This document shows, one piece after another, positions 21,995 to 34,800 of a DNA stretch of 64,000 bases. A program made the translations under genes and the position numbers. The notes beneath the pieces were generated by a model. The model saw only the letters and a list, made by a program, of their open reading frames with translations, was not told the DNA's origin and made no database searches. Origin of the DNA: Amoebophrya sp. A120. Lineage: Eukaryota; Protista; Dinoflagellata. The stretch is from assembly GCA_905178155.1 (NCBI GenBank), contig CAJINV010000009.1, positions 1,856,882-1,920,881 of the forward strand. The letters run 5' to 3'. Each line of letters opens with the position of its first letter. The stretch's first letter is position 1.

Positions 21995-24597
21995 CTAAGA
22001 AGGTGCCCTTCCCGTCGCATCTCCTGCCCCTGGTACAACTCCTTCCTCGAGCAATTTACCCAGCAGTGGTCCGATGTTCGCCTCGAGCAATTCGGACTGC
22101 TCTTCGTCGCTCTTGCACTGCCGCCAGCGCCAGTAGCTGAGAGACACCGGGTGGAAACCTAGGTTGTTGAGAATCCGGTGCTTCACCGTGCGGTTAATCG
22201 GACGGTTTGGCGCGTCGAGGTCAATGACCAACTTCGTTTTCTCGTCCGTCAAATCCGCTCGGAGCGAACCAATACGGAATCGCGTGCAAACACGCTGCCA
22301 TCGCCTGAGCCTGACTAGTGACATCATTTCCTGACGGCTTTGTCTCTGTCGAAATCTCTTTTGCTTGTCATTGCTACTGATGTTCTTCGAATGTATGACA
22401 GACACTCCCAACACTCGTCCGTGCTTGCTCACGACGATGCGGATGCGGCTGGTGCTCACCTACAGCGTCTATTTTTCTACTTTAACTTTTTCTATTTCAA
22501 CATCAACTCATGCACGCTCAACTTTATGATTATGCCGCGCTTGTTGGCAGATATTTTTGCTTTTATATCGAAATACTGAAGCGTTGGCATACTGCACCTG
22601 CTATAATCTTGAGCTTCTTGTTCTTTTTTTTTCATGTAACTCTACTAGCATCGCGAAGATAGACTTGCTTTGACTTTCCAGCACGCCTGGGCCATGGCAT
22701 TTTGTTTGTTGCAATTCGTAAAACGTTAGCCGTGCCAATTTCCGCTGCTTTCCTGCGTCCTTGCTCCGTGGCCGTGGCCATGCTCAAGCCCACATTTTGC
22801 TGCAGCTGGATTTTTTGCTTGTGAAACGTGTGCTCCAGCTTAAGGAGCAGCTCTGCCTGCAGTCGACTGCTCTCGTTCTTCGACTGCGCCACAGAGTCTG
22901 CGTCTTCGCACGCAATCTGCCACTGCTTGGAAAGCTGCACCTTGCTAGAAGAAGATGAGCTAGAAGCTGGAGTTGTACTGGTCGAACTTTGCTGTTTGTG
23001 CTTCTTCTCGTCCGAGGTTTTTTTGTCCTGTTCGCCTCGTCCAGGTGCCCCCGCTCCGGCAAATATCTCCCAGTGCTCGAACTGCAGCGACAGCAGGATC
23101 TCGTGCGACTTTGCGAGCAGTACCCGATTTTTGGGCGCCGGCATGGCCATGAGGCGGTCAATCAGGTCTCGGATCCGCACGGAGTACATGTCCTTGTCGA
23201 ACAAATGCTTGAACCTGCAATATCATTTGCAAAACCATCACGCTGGTACTAATCCCAGTCATGCAGCAATACAAATACCTTTTACAAGACAGAAAGACCC
23301 ACTTACCCATAACATTCGTCATGCCACGAAGCGAATTTGTATTGCAATTACGAGGACTGCACTGTCATGATGCTTTTGCAATTCATATGCAAACGCCCCA
23401 AGCCACGTCGATCATGTGGATCATGTAGATGGTTTGGGTCCGGTGCGTGTCCAGAAACCGCGTTCCGAGCAGCTTTACCAGCTCGGTGTCGTCGTACTCC
23501 GGTTGCAGCATCGACAGGCTGAAAAACAGCTTCGCGTTTTCCGCCGCGGAAAGCTGGTTCTGGTCGATCTCCTGTCTCAGGTGGTCCAGCACGTCCTCCA
23601 CGTTTAGTTTCACCAAAAACCGCAACCGGGAGAGGGAGTAGAGCATGCCGACCAACTGTTTCGGCGTGAACACGTGCAGGTTCTCGAAGGCAAGCTGCGC
23701 CAGCCGGCGGAGCAGAAATCCGCGCACCAGGCCCAGATCAGACAGCACTTTCAGTGCGTCCACAATGTCGCGGGACGAGAACCGGTCGACCTCGTCCGTC
23801 ATCCGCTCCACGATCATGTCGTGCATCTCCCGGTCAAAGAAGCCCCAGCGGCGAAAGGCCTCCAGCAAACCGACCGCGTGCGCCGGCTCGATGTCTTGCA
23901 CGACCTTCATAGTCTCCTGCCGCACAAACTCAATTAATTCCACGTCGTGCACCTTGCGACTACTCAGCGCAAGCGCCAGCTGCGCCAGATACCGGGGCGA
24001 AAACGCGTTCTCCCTTTGCCTAATCGTGGTGGCGAGGCTCTGAACCAGGTCCTCCAGCTCGGGCGTGTTGAAACGCAGCTTCGCGAGCGCGTCGGCTAAT
24101 TGTGCCAGCGAGCGCGCGTCGATCAGCGCTGCGTTGTCCACTTTGTCCTTCACTTTTGCCAAAAGAAGGCGGAACCGCTCGTCGGTCGCAATCTCGTTCA
24201 TGTGCTGCGGATTCTGGTGGTTAGAGCTCGCGAGGCCCCGTATCGCCTCTTGCATAGTCGCAAAGTCGATATCCGCGTTCTCACTGAAAAAATCCAGAAT
24301 TTCGAGGCCTTTTCTCTCGCGTATCGCAAGCCGCCGATCTGATGTGTCGGAGTAGGCAAAGCAACGCTTTTGGCGGACGAGAGACGACGCGGCTGCGAAT
24401 TCTGTTGATGTCAGGACCACCTTACAGCCACTTGTTCTCGTCTGCATTCGGGGCATCACCGTCCACATGCTCGCCACGCTCGCCCGCCCAGAACTACTAC
24501 TAGCCTCCCGATGAAACGACCATGTTGCAGAAGACAACCAACCGGCCCCGCCAAGACGGGGGCTGGAACGTTTTGTCAAAGCTCTCCCAGTCGGCAT
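21995..24597 (-). CDS. Helical-repeat RAP-domain (FASTK-like) RNA-binding protein, 3 exons
   Basis: Repeats FSPRYLAQL, FSSRDIVDAL, FTPKQLVGML; C-terminal RAP-like LVIDLDAP..KHRILNNLGFHPVSLSYWRW; non-canonical intron 23221-23392 and probable GT-AG intron about 22460-22664. Confidence 0.85.
23221..23387. mobile_element. Introner-like non-canonical intron (167 bp core, direct repeat TGCAA)
   Basis: Left end TATCATTTGCAAAACCATCA versus reverse-complemented right end TATGAATTGCAAAAGCATCA (17/20); TGCAA at 23216-23220 and 23388-23392; removal gives WGVC-R-FKHLF in frame. Confidence 0.9.
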
Positions 24598-25857
24598 TAT
24601 TTACTTCGTAAACTGTTTACGAAGTCCAACAAGTTTCGCGTTTTTCTTTAACTTTAACTTTATTGTTTGAATCTATAGCGTTAGCGATAGCCTCGTCACA
24701 ATGAATACTACTCCTGATCATGAAGACGGCTACATGAAAAGAACCTTTAAGTTGCTGACGTGTCCTCGGTTTCGTTCTTTATCCTGTGCCACTAGATCGC
24801 AAAGATGGACCTATCCCACGACACCGTGCGGTGCTGGGCCAGTATCTGGGAAAAATAAAACACGGCGGATGTATGATACATTCTTGACACGCTGACACAC
24901 TAACCAACGAACGCTAAACCACGACATGAGCTAACCATCGCGTTTATAGTTCTGGATAATTTCAAAATGAAACACGACCAATGCCTACCGAAGGGAACTT
25001 TTGATCGTGGAGGAAATAAAATGTTTGCTCGTCGGAGTAAAATTGCACTCAAACCAATGCTGGACCAAAATACCCATTTGAGAACCAAAAGCAAGGGACA
25101 AGGACATGACCAAAAATTTCGCTACATGATCATGAAGTTGAACACAAGATGTTCTAACTCACCATAGTAACACCGCCATCTTCACGACCCACACACATTC
25201 TATCTTTGACCTTGATCAGCCTGAAACAAGGACGGGATGCGTAATAAGATCAAAGATGGGACGATTTAGAATTTTCAACTACCTGATAGTTACTTATCAG
25301 TCAACATCGAACGTAAATAAAAGTGAACGAGAGCCTGGAGGAGGTGGGTGGCTTCCCCTCTGTCACAATCCTGGTTCAAAATGCATATTGTCACTGCAAA
25401 GCTATTTTACAAAAGCAAACTGTTAGTTATACAACTCGCGAAAGATCATACTGCCGAGAAAACTTTCGTGCAATTAGAATTACCTGTGTCTAAAATCAAT
25501 ATAAACGAAAATTTCGAAAAGAGGCAATGATGACAGATTTTGGCATGGATATTTATTGAAACAAATTTCTTTTTTCTTGTACTTCTCACACTGTTCAAAA
25601 TAGAGAAGCTCAAAGTCTAGTGTACATGTAAAAAACAGTGTAAAATAAAGGCAGAAAAATGCTCAGGGGCGGTTTCTTAGTTGTGTATAAAGATAAGCTG
25701 TAAAATTGAAAATCAAAAACAGAGGTAAAGATTTAATATTATATCTTAATCTTTGATGTTCATGTAGTTATTGCCACTCTTACGGATGAGGGCAAGTTCG
25801 GTGTAGTGGGAAAGTTGAGTCAAATCAATCATCCAGCTGGTGCGATGTTGAGGAAGG

Positions 25858-28800
25858 TCACGTAGGACAGGACGGACAGCTCGGGTCTTCTGGAGAAGAA
25901 GTGGCAGGAGCGTGATTTGTGTTCTCCTTCTCCTGCTTGCCAGCACTTACTGACGTAGCACCAAGCTCGGGACGAGCTTGCGCTTGGTGAACCGAGGAGG
26001 ACTGCATTGTAGTTTCGCCGGCACCTCCTCCTCCAGCGCCGTGGGCGGAAACTGCAGGGCTAACTACCGGGAGGCAGTGCCCAGTGCTTTTGTCCATCCG
26101 GCATTTCAAACCGCTCGCAAATTCGCATTGACGGACCTGCCATTCGGTTGCCTCCGTCGCATCTCCTGGGAGGATCACGCTTTTCTCGTCGCAATCAAAG
26201 CACGTCTCTACCATCGCTTTCTCGTTCGGGTTTTCGATGCTTGTCCAAACACAACGACGTGCAAGACCGAACCTCGCTGTCCCGAAGTCAGAACGAAAAA
26301 CACCGACAGCATCCCAAATGCAAATGACCCCCAAAAACCGACTCGACATTGCCTAAGTCGTGACCATGTGCTGTACAACTGTTCATCAAGACATGAAAAA
26401 AAAAATGCATACTTTTTCTTGCATTACTAGCGCATTTGAAAATAGTAAACCTCCACCTATCGTCATCGTCTGAGCGCGAAGAAACTTGAAACCTACCTGC
26501 CAGCCAAGTTAGTTGTAGTGAAAAGTGTGCGAGCTCTCTTTGTGAGTGTTGAGGTTATTTTTTGAGTTTGCATTTTTTGCAACAGTCTTGGGATCATCTG
26601 CTGTACGGGGTGTTGGCAGTGTTCGCATTGAGATAAACCCCGTCGGAGTTACAGACCGATGGCGATTTGAAGCTTGCGCACGTTGTCGGTTGTTTGTGAT
26701 AACAACGGGTCTCGAAGCCAGCTGGAGCAAGATCTTTCTGCCAGGCGTCTTTCAAGTGAGCGTTCTTCTCCTTCGTGTCGTCTTCCGGCGCCTCCTTCCG
26801 AAACAGAATGCAGTTGGAATCGGCAAGAGCATTGGCGCCTGTAGGATCCGTTTCGCGCATCAGCATGTATGCGGTACAATGCAAGTCCGCGCTGCAGAGG
26901 TCGGCGCAAAACCAGAAGGAGCCAAAGGGAGTTGAATCAACGGTCGCGTCGTGGCTGTAGGGAACAAACTGGCTGCTCGAGCAAGCCTCTTTCGATCCGT
27001 CACTTTTTTCGCAGTTGCACCAACCAGGGTCTGCTTGCGAAACGTACTCCGGAGAATACCACGGAGCAACATGTTCAGATGACTCAGGTGCATCAGTAGA
27101 CTGAGCATCATCTTGCGGGAACATACACTCGTGGCCGACATGCTTCAGCAGAGCATCTCTATGAGCGACAGGCAAGCCCAAAATAGCATCTCCCTGGAGG
27201 ATCGTTTCGTCGTGTTGCGTCCCACCGGCAGCTCCACCCTTCTTGTGTATTGCGAGGTCGTACCGCATCGGAAATAAAGCGCTGTTAGCATCGACCGACC
27301 CCGTTGGGCACCCGACCCCGTTGCCCTGTGCTCCCGACGGGTGACAACAGGCCCCCTTGCGCTGCCCGTCAAACGAATCGCACTTGTCGCACCAGCCCGT
27401 TTGTCTGTCGCAGGTCACGAAGCAGTCGTTTTGGTGGCGCCAGAACCACGTTTCGTCTCCCGGCACCGCGTTGTCTTCAGCGGTCGATACTTTTCCGAAT
27501 GTCTCGGCAATGCAGCCGTCACACTTGGACTCGTGTAGCTTAACTGAGCGGCCAACTTGTGCCCCGGGAAACACGCACTCCGCGTGCTTTGCAATTTCTT
27601 CTGGTACTACAGAATCGCCGATGAAGTCGCTTCGCACCAGTGACGTTTCGGGGCCGGCCGTTCCACTAGCTGCTTCAGTTGTATTAGTTCTTGTCCCCTT
27701 GAAGCGCAGGGGAAAATCATTTGGCCAACTCGTGTGTGTGCAAGCTTCGGACGTGTGTCCTACTTTCGACACGTTACAGCACGCACCGGAGCGAGTACCG
27801 TCTCGCGAATCACACTTGTTGCACCAGCCAGTTTTGTCGCCGCAGGTTACGAAACAGTCCCCGTCGTGGCGCCAGGTCCAGTCCCATTGCTCCTCGCGTG
27901 AAGAGCCATCTGCGAGACTGACAGTGACCGTGATTGTAGCACTACTGTCGGCAGTCTGGAAGCATCCGTCGCACTTCGATTCCTGTAGCTTGGCGCACGC
28001 GCGGCCGTGACACTTCTCCCCCAGCAGAGCTACGCGATACTGGTTAGAAGGTTGGTTTTTTTCGCCCGTGACCAACTCTGGCAACTTCGGAGGCCCGATG
28101 TCACTGCCCACTTCAATCTTGCGCATGCAGTGATAGTCCTCAAGAAAAGAAGAAGGAGAGGCCGTAGAGGGGGCGGCTTTCGCAGCTGGTGGCTCCTTCT
28201 CCTCCGCAACTCCGTCGACGTCCGCGTTGTTCTCGGGCCGAAATAGTGTGCAGCGGTCCATCTCGACCTCCGTGCCCTCGCTGCTGGTTGTTTGTACAAA
28301 GGCCTTGCACCTTCCGTCGTTGTTGCACAATTCACTGCAAGATTTCCGTGTGTTGCCGCTTCTCGCCAGCAAAAATTGCTTTTCGCCGGCGCACGTTTGA
28401 CCGCCACACTGACACCATCCCCGACCCAAACTTGTGTACCCGAAGTTGCGTATGTGTGGTAGCACGCATTGGTCGTAGTCCCGTGCATGGGGTTTAAACT
28501 GGGTCTGCAAAAGGGGGTTGTATTCCTGGCGACATTCCGGCGGCTGCATTTTGTTGTCTGCGAGGTCCGTGTCTCGAAAAGCTCGGCAGCAGGCACCCGA
28601 ACGAGTGCCGTCGTTGGAATCGCATTTGTTGCACCAACCTGGTGCGTAATCGCCCCCTCCGCCACAGGTGCCCCAGCACTCGTTGGGACGATTACCACAT
28701 CCCTCGCACTGCGTTTGTTTCGAGCGGCGGCATTCGGGGGTCATTTCAACGGCGTCGGTACCATGGTTCGGCTTCAACGCAAAAAAATTCGGCTGGTCGT

Positions 28801-31800
28801 GAATGAAGCAGGTTGGGAGAAACTCGTCCGGCGGTCTTGGCGCGCCGCCTCTGTTTTTTCCAACTTTCCGCTTCACGCTACTTTTGCAAGCGTCTTCCGT
28901 CTTGTCTATGAGGATCGCCGAGTCCCAATGCAAATTGTATTCCACCTCGACCGTGAGAGAGCTCACCGCGTTTTCTTGTCTATTCTGGAGATGACAATTA
29001 ATATTGTTCCCGGTGGCTGCCTTTTCGAAGTAAAACCCTCTGCAATCAGGACTATCAAAGCACTGAGTGTAGCAGTCTTGGAATGTGTCTGCCGTGACCG
29101 CTTTCGTCTCTGTTTGCCTTTGCGACGGATCTGGACGCATCAAGCGGACCTTCTGCCTCTTCAAGCGTCCGCATTCCGCCTGCTCTCTTTTCACTTTTTC
29201 CTTGCAAGATTCGAAGCTACTTTCTTGTTGTTCGCTCTCCCGCTCCATCACGACGGAGTCAAAAGAGGGCTCGCTGATGGTAGCAGTCTCCGGATTCATT
29301 GTTGATCTCAAAAAGCAGTTGGGGTCGTTTGCTGCTGCTGCATCTTCTTTCTGTGCCGCATTCTTGTTGTACGTGAAACCTTTGCAGTCGGTTTCTTGCA
29401 AGCACAACAGCCAGCACTTCTCAAACGGCAGGTCCGCTACGACTGCGAATACGCCGGTACCGTCGACTGGAAATTTTATGTTCTTCAAACGGACGCAGGT
29501 ATCGGTAACGTCGCGCGACCAGGGCAGCACATGGCGTGTCACGGGGACTGGCGGAAAGCAGGTCTCTTCATCTTGTTCCACAAGACCTCCTCCCGCCACG
29601 CGGTCCAACACCACCGAGTCACAACAATTGTCCTTCCTGGCCTTCTCAGTCGCCACCGCTTCGTCCGTGAGGAAAAGGGCACAGCTCTCATCGTTGCCGG
29701 CAGTAGCGGTGCCGTCTTTCCTGTGGGTAAAGCCCTTGCAGTCCGAGTTGTTTGCGCAGGCCGTCCAACATTCCTCAAAGGTGAGCTTGCCCGTCGGTTC
29801 TTCCGGACTTTTAAAGTCCTTGAACTCCCCTGCTAAGTACGTTACATCTTCCAAGCGCCGGCATGTAGGTACAGGTGGCGCGTCACAGATCGAGCCATCT
29901 TCCCGCTTCAAGAACACAGAATCGAAATCGTATATGTGGTATTGAAAATCGGGATCGGGATCACCCATGTCCGACTTGAGGATACAGTTTGATGTCAACA
30001 CGGTCGCATCGTCCGGGACGTGTTTTCCGTACACAAAGCCTACGCACTTGTCGTGGGCTTTACAAGCCGCCCAACACTGTTCGAAAGTGACTAGCCCATC
30101 CATGTTCCCGTGCACATCCGTGCCTACGTACTCCACGTTTTCGATCCGCGTGCAAAATTTTTCGGCCGCGGTCCGGCTCACAGCAACACTGAGGGGATTG
30201 GCGTCGTGCACAATCTTGGTCCGTGCGAAGGTGAACCCGTTACAGGCCTCGGTCTCTTATGCATTCAAACTTTTTATTTGCCCACGCTGAAGACCCAAGA
30301 AAGTTCCTCCACTGTTACTGTTTCGAATTGCAGGTGAGGCAGACCAGGACGAGAAAGATTACACACAAGAAGACGAGGCTCAGCACGAGCAGGGCAGAAC
30401 CATGCAAAAGTTGTGTTCACAAGACATGATACTCAAATCAATGTCAATGTCCGACAAAACCAGAAGTCGAGGAATAACTTTGATGCCGATCCGCCGGATA
30501 AGAGACATAGCATTAGCATTACCGAGGCGGTTCAAATAAAAGTATTGGAATACAGGTGATTCTAATATTCTCTGATGAAGATCAGCATGGCCCGCAAACA
30601 GGCGCAAGCTTTGCAAGAGCAAGTGCACGTGCTACTTCGCAAGAAATACAAGCCAAGCCCCTCCATACGATGCAGTTGCAGCAGAAAGATGCACGTCTGC
30701 TTACAATCTAATCATGAAATTCATGAAAATCAAATACACGTTTTCAATTTCAATCATACATTTATTTTGGGCGCAACGGGCATAAAAAATTGGAATTGCG
30801 TTGTATTGCATAACTCGACGCACAGATTCAGGCACTCTTCGTAGGTGCGCACGTCCTGGACGAATCGCGAACCCACGCCGTGGTTTTCGTAGCCGGAGTG
30901 CTTCATATTTGTCTGTCGGACGCAGCCTTTCTGGATGCCACCGCCGGCGCCACTGGTAAGGGCAAACGCCTGCGTCGTCGCGACGCTCTGTCCGAGGCGT
31001 GCCTGGTCACCGCAATGATAGTACTTGATTTCCATGGTGTCGGTGCCTTCATGTAGTTTTCGATCCACGCCAATGTGCGTCACCATTTGAGGGGTGCGTA
31101 GGTCAGGTTGATTTACCGTAATGTGGTCGCCATTGATCCCGCACTTGTATCGCACACCATATTGTATCTCGCTTACACTTTTCACGGATGTAGAAAATAG
31201 GCCGTAGTAATCCCAGGCCTTGGCGTCTGAGCAAACTGATTCGTGCCTCCACAGCACGTGCGTACGCGGAGTATCAGAAGAAATTTCACCGTGCTCGGCC
31301 TCTACCACGTCCTGGGAAATGCTGGGATCAGCACCGCCGGGGAAGACAGCAGCCTTATCGCAGCTCGTCTCGTGCTTAATGTGCAGCTGGGTGCAGCGGC
31401 TGCATAGGGTGTTTGTAAATTCTTGGCGCGCGAGGTCGGAGTACGGCTGCCACAGCGGCGCCACGTCGGAGATCTGGAGTTTGGTAAGTAAATCTTTGAG
31501 GTGCGCGGCATCGAGCTCCTCCTTCTCCAGATCTGCGTACAGTTCCGTGGGCAGCAGCATGTGCTTGGGCACCTGCTCCGCCGCACGCCCCGCTCGCGCG
31601 AATTTCTCCAGGTGCACGCCCACAGCGAGGGCCTCGCTCAGCAACTGCCCCGTCACGCGAGACAGATCCACGATGTCCTCCGAGACCAACACGGGCTGTG
31701 TCAGGCGCGCCACGGTTTTTAGATACAGCTCGAGCAACTCGTCCTCTTGATCCCGGAACACCTGGAGCAACTGTAGCCACTCCCCCTCCAGCGTTTGAAA

Positions 31801-34800
31801 CCGCTCCTCGGCGTTGTCTTTTCGGATCTCCTGCAGCTGCTGCATCGCCTCCACCTCGAGCTGGTCCATGTCACCGTTTTGCCCTGCACCATCTCCACTA
31901 CTAGTACTGCTCGTCGATTGCGCTGCTCTCTGCCCCCGCGCAAGATTGTGCTCCAGCGCTGAGAAATCTTCCCGTTCCCTGGTGGAGTGCGCACGTCGCC
32001 CCGTTCTTTCGGTGAAACTGCTCGTGGCCATCGCCGCGGATGGTCCGGGTGAGCCGTATTGCAAGGACGGCAGCTCTCCGATTTTTCTTTCTGCAAAGTC
32101 CATCTCGCCCGACAAGTCGCTTTGCAGTTTTTTCCCGCTGCAAACCTGCTGATCGCTGGCGTAGTCCTCCGTGTCTGCGCGCGCTTCGCCGGAGTGGTCC
32201 TTCTCGTCGAAATCTAGAGCCGGTGCTTGAAAAAAGTCCCGGTGCTATCCTGTGCAAAAAAATTCACATTGCCTTCGTGAAGCTTCACTGCCTTTTTGAT
32301 AAAATGACTATATCATATTGAAATGCACCAGAGCGCAACAACGCCGATGAAGTTCCAGTTTTCCCATATCATATGTTTGCTTTCTACGCATTTGGTTACC
32401 AGATGATAGTCAGCGTACTGGAGTGACAGAATTTAATTCGCTTCACGACACTTCGTGGTCCAGGCTGCCACCGCTGACCACAGGAAGACTTTTATCTGCT
32501 CGTCATGCTCGTCCTTGCTCCTAGGTGCTACTTCATGGTGATACGTGCCCGTCCAATTCTTGCATGCACCACGGAGATCTCAAGTACTCTCACACGATCA
32601 TATATTATATATGACTGTAGTGAATCGAGGGAATAGGGAGAGCGGAATAGGGAGAATAGGTCAATAGGGAGAGCCGTGGTAAACCTAATTCCCCTTGAAT
32701 CGCGATGGTATGCTCCCTTTTGGTACTTAAGCCGTAGAACCAAAAAAAATTCGCGCGCGCGCTGCGCGCGCGCATTCACTCACCCCATACGCACCCAATG
32801 GCGTTGCATCGATTCGAAGGCAAACGAGAACCGCGCGCCCGTTGAATCATCGAAGGAAATTTGAAGTGGCCACTTCAACTTTCCCTCATCGAAGGAAAAT
32901 CGAATATGCCCACTTCCACTTTCCCTCACCGAGGGAAATTTGAAATGGCCACTTCAACTTTCCCTCATCGAAGGAAATTTGAAATGGCCACTCTACCTCT
33001 CCGCCTTCGCCAGCTGACGAGCAAGACCTAAGCCCTACGGGCCCGCAAGAGGATAAAGCCCCTCAGGGAAGGTTCCGCGCCTCCCCGACCCCGGGAGGAG
33101 CCGCCGAGGAGGGGGGTACTCGGAAGCATTTCCGCCCCAGATTTCGAAAGATGTTGTCGCGGCCGCGCCGTGCTGTTTGCGATCAGTTTGGTTTTGTTTT
33201 TGCTGCCCCCTTTTAGGGGGACTCTCCCTACTCTCCCTATCTCTCCCTATTCCCTATTGCTATTCTATAAAGCGTTCTAATATATCAGTAGCAGCACCCG
33301 CCGTTTCGTTTGAATGACTAAAGCAAATAAATGACATGTGTAAATGCTCTTACGGCTGCAGTATGCAAAGTCAAAGACAAAGAATCCTTGCGCAGGATAG
33401 CTCCAAGACCTCCGCTACGCGCTGCTCCGCAAGGTCCAGTGCGGTTTTGAAGTAGGCGGGGCTCTCCTCGCCGTCCGCGAGAAGCTGGAATCCGAACCAT
33501 TTGATCAGCTCCAAGAGGCGGAAGGCAGCGAGCCGCAGAACAAACACTTGGTGCAGCAGTACTTCCCGACGCCCGATGATGCTACGGTGCTGGCGCAGCT
33601 GCTCCGTATTCTTGTCGAACAGGGGACTTACCAGCAGTGCCTGGACCGCTGTGTCCAGATTCGTCACGTACACCTTTGACAGCTCTGGTCTTTGCTGCCC
33701 TGCTTCTTGCGCCCCCGCCTCCTCCCCGGCTGGTCCTTGGAGGCGCTGCACCTCCTCAGCAGCACCGGACCAACCGGTGTCGAGACAGATCTCGGGCGTC
33801 TTCTCCGCCGACAACTCCCCGGCACCTTGAGGCAGATGAGCTGTGGCAGCTGCACCACCGCCGGCCTCCTCGGCGGAGTAAAATCGATACAGGGCGTGAA
33901 ATTTCCTTTGAGTGCCGGAGTGGGGGCTGCCAGTTTGGCCGCCGCAGTGCCCGAAACCGACCACACGCTTGCGATTCACGAGGGGTGGTGGGTTCTGGTT
34001 GGGCGAGACCGGTCTGTCATTGTGGTGCTCCGTGCTAGCGTCGCCGAATTTGCAGTTGCCCCAGCACTTTTGGTCTGAAACTCGGTCTTCGGCGTCATAC
34101 ATCTGCGAGATCGTCGAAGACGTGGTCCCGATGCCGTGCTTCTGATGGCAAATGCATTCTTTTGATGCATCGATCGAAAAATACTCATACATTCTGTCCT
34201 CGCGGCCGCAATGGTCCGCGCACTCGTAGACGGAGCGATCTGCGTGCCCCTCTGTCAGTCCCTCGTTTCCGCGCAGCGCCTCGTAGCAGCCGACGTACTC
34301 GAAGTCGTTTTCTCGGTCAACCATGGAGAGCTCCAATGCCCGCCGCGTCTGCTCTGCCACCGGGAGATACCCGACCGCCGAAAGCGAGGGCGCCAAGCCG
34401 CCCGTCGAGACCGCGCTCATGTCGTACTCCTGTCGCTCCGTGTACATGTGTTCAAACACCGAGTTGTGCCAGCCGCCTCCGCAAATGTTCACATCGAAAT
34501 GGTTTTCGTGGCACTCCTTTTGGCACTCTTTCTCTTCTGCGTGTCCATGCTTTCCAAACCCAGCCTTCCGCTGTCGGTCACTACACCAACACTCATTGTG
34601 GTCCTGAATCGCGAAGTAGCGGTACCCCTTGCACGCTGTACCACACTCGTCTATGGTATACTTTCTGCCAATAGGCTTTTCCATGGCGCGTTCGTCCCCA
34701 TTTTTGTCCTTAAAGCACCCGATGTACTTGCGCCATTGCACCCGGTCGGACATGCGAGCTTGCAAGCCCCTCAAGGCGAAGCGCGCGCTGTCGTGGTTGC

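Larger units (their letters stand above)
32245..33400. mobile_element. Introner-like non-canonical intron (1156 bp, sense CT...AG) that hosts a nested element
   Basis: Inverted repeat GCTATCCTG(T/C)GCAA at both ends; GCT direct repeat; removal gives VLE|HRDFF in frame. Confidence 0.88.

Noticed and set aside
32432-32580. Extra exon DLRGACKNW... inside the 1156-bp intron
   Set aside because: The flanking exons already join in frame through the outer inverted and direct repeats, and this frame has no supported splice borders
32847-32993. CRISPR array
   Set aside because: The palindromic units are head-to-tail with no unique spacers, there are no cas genes, and the context is a eukaryotic intron
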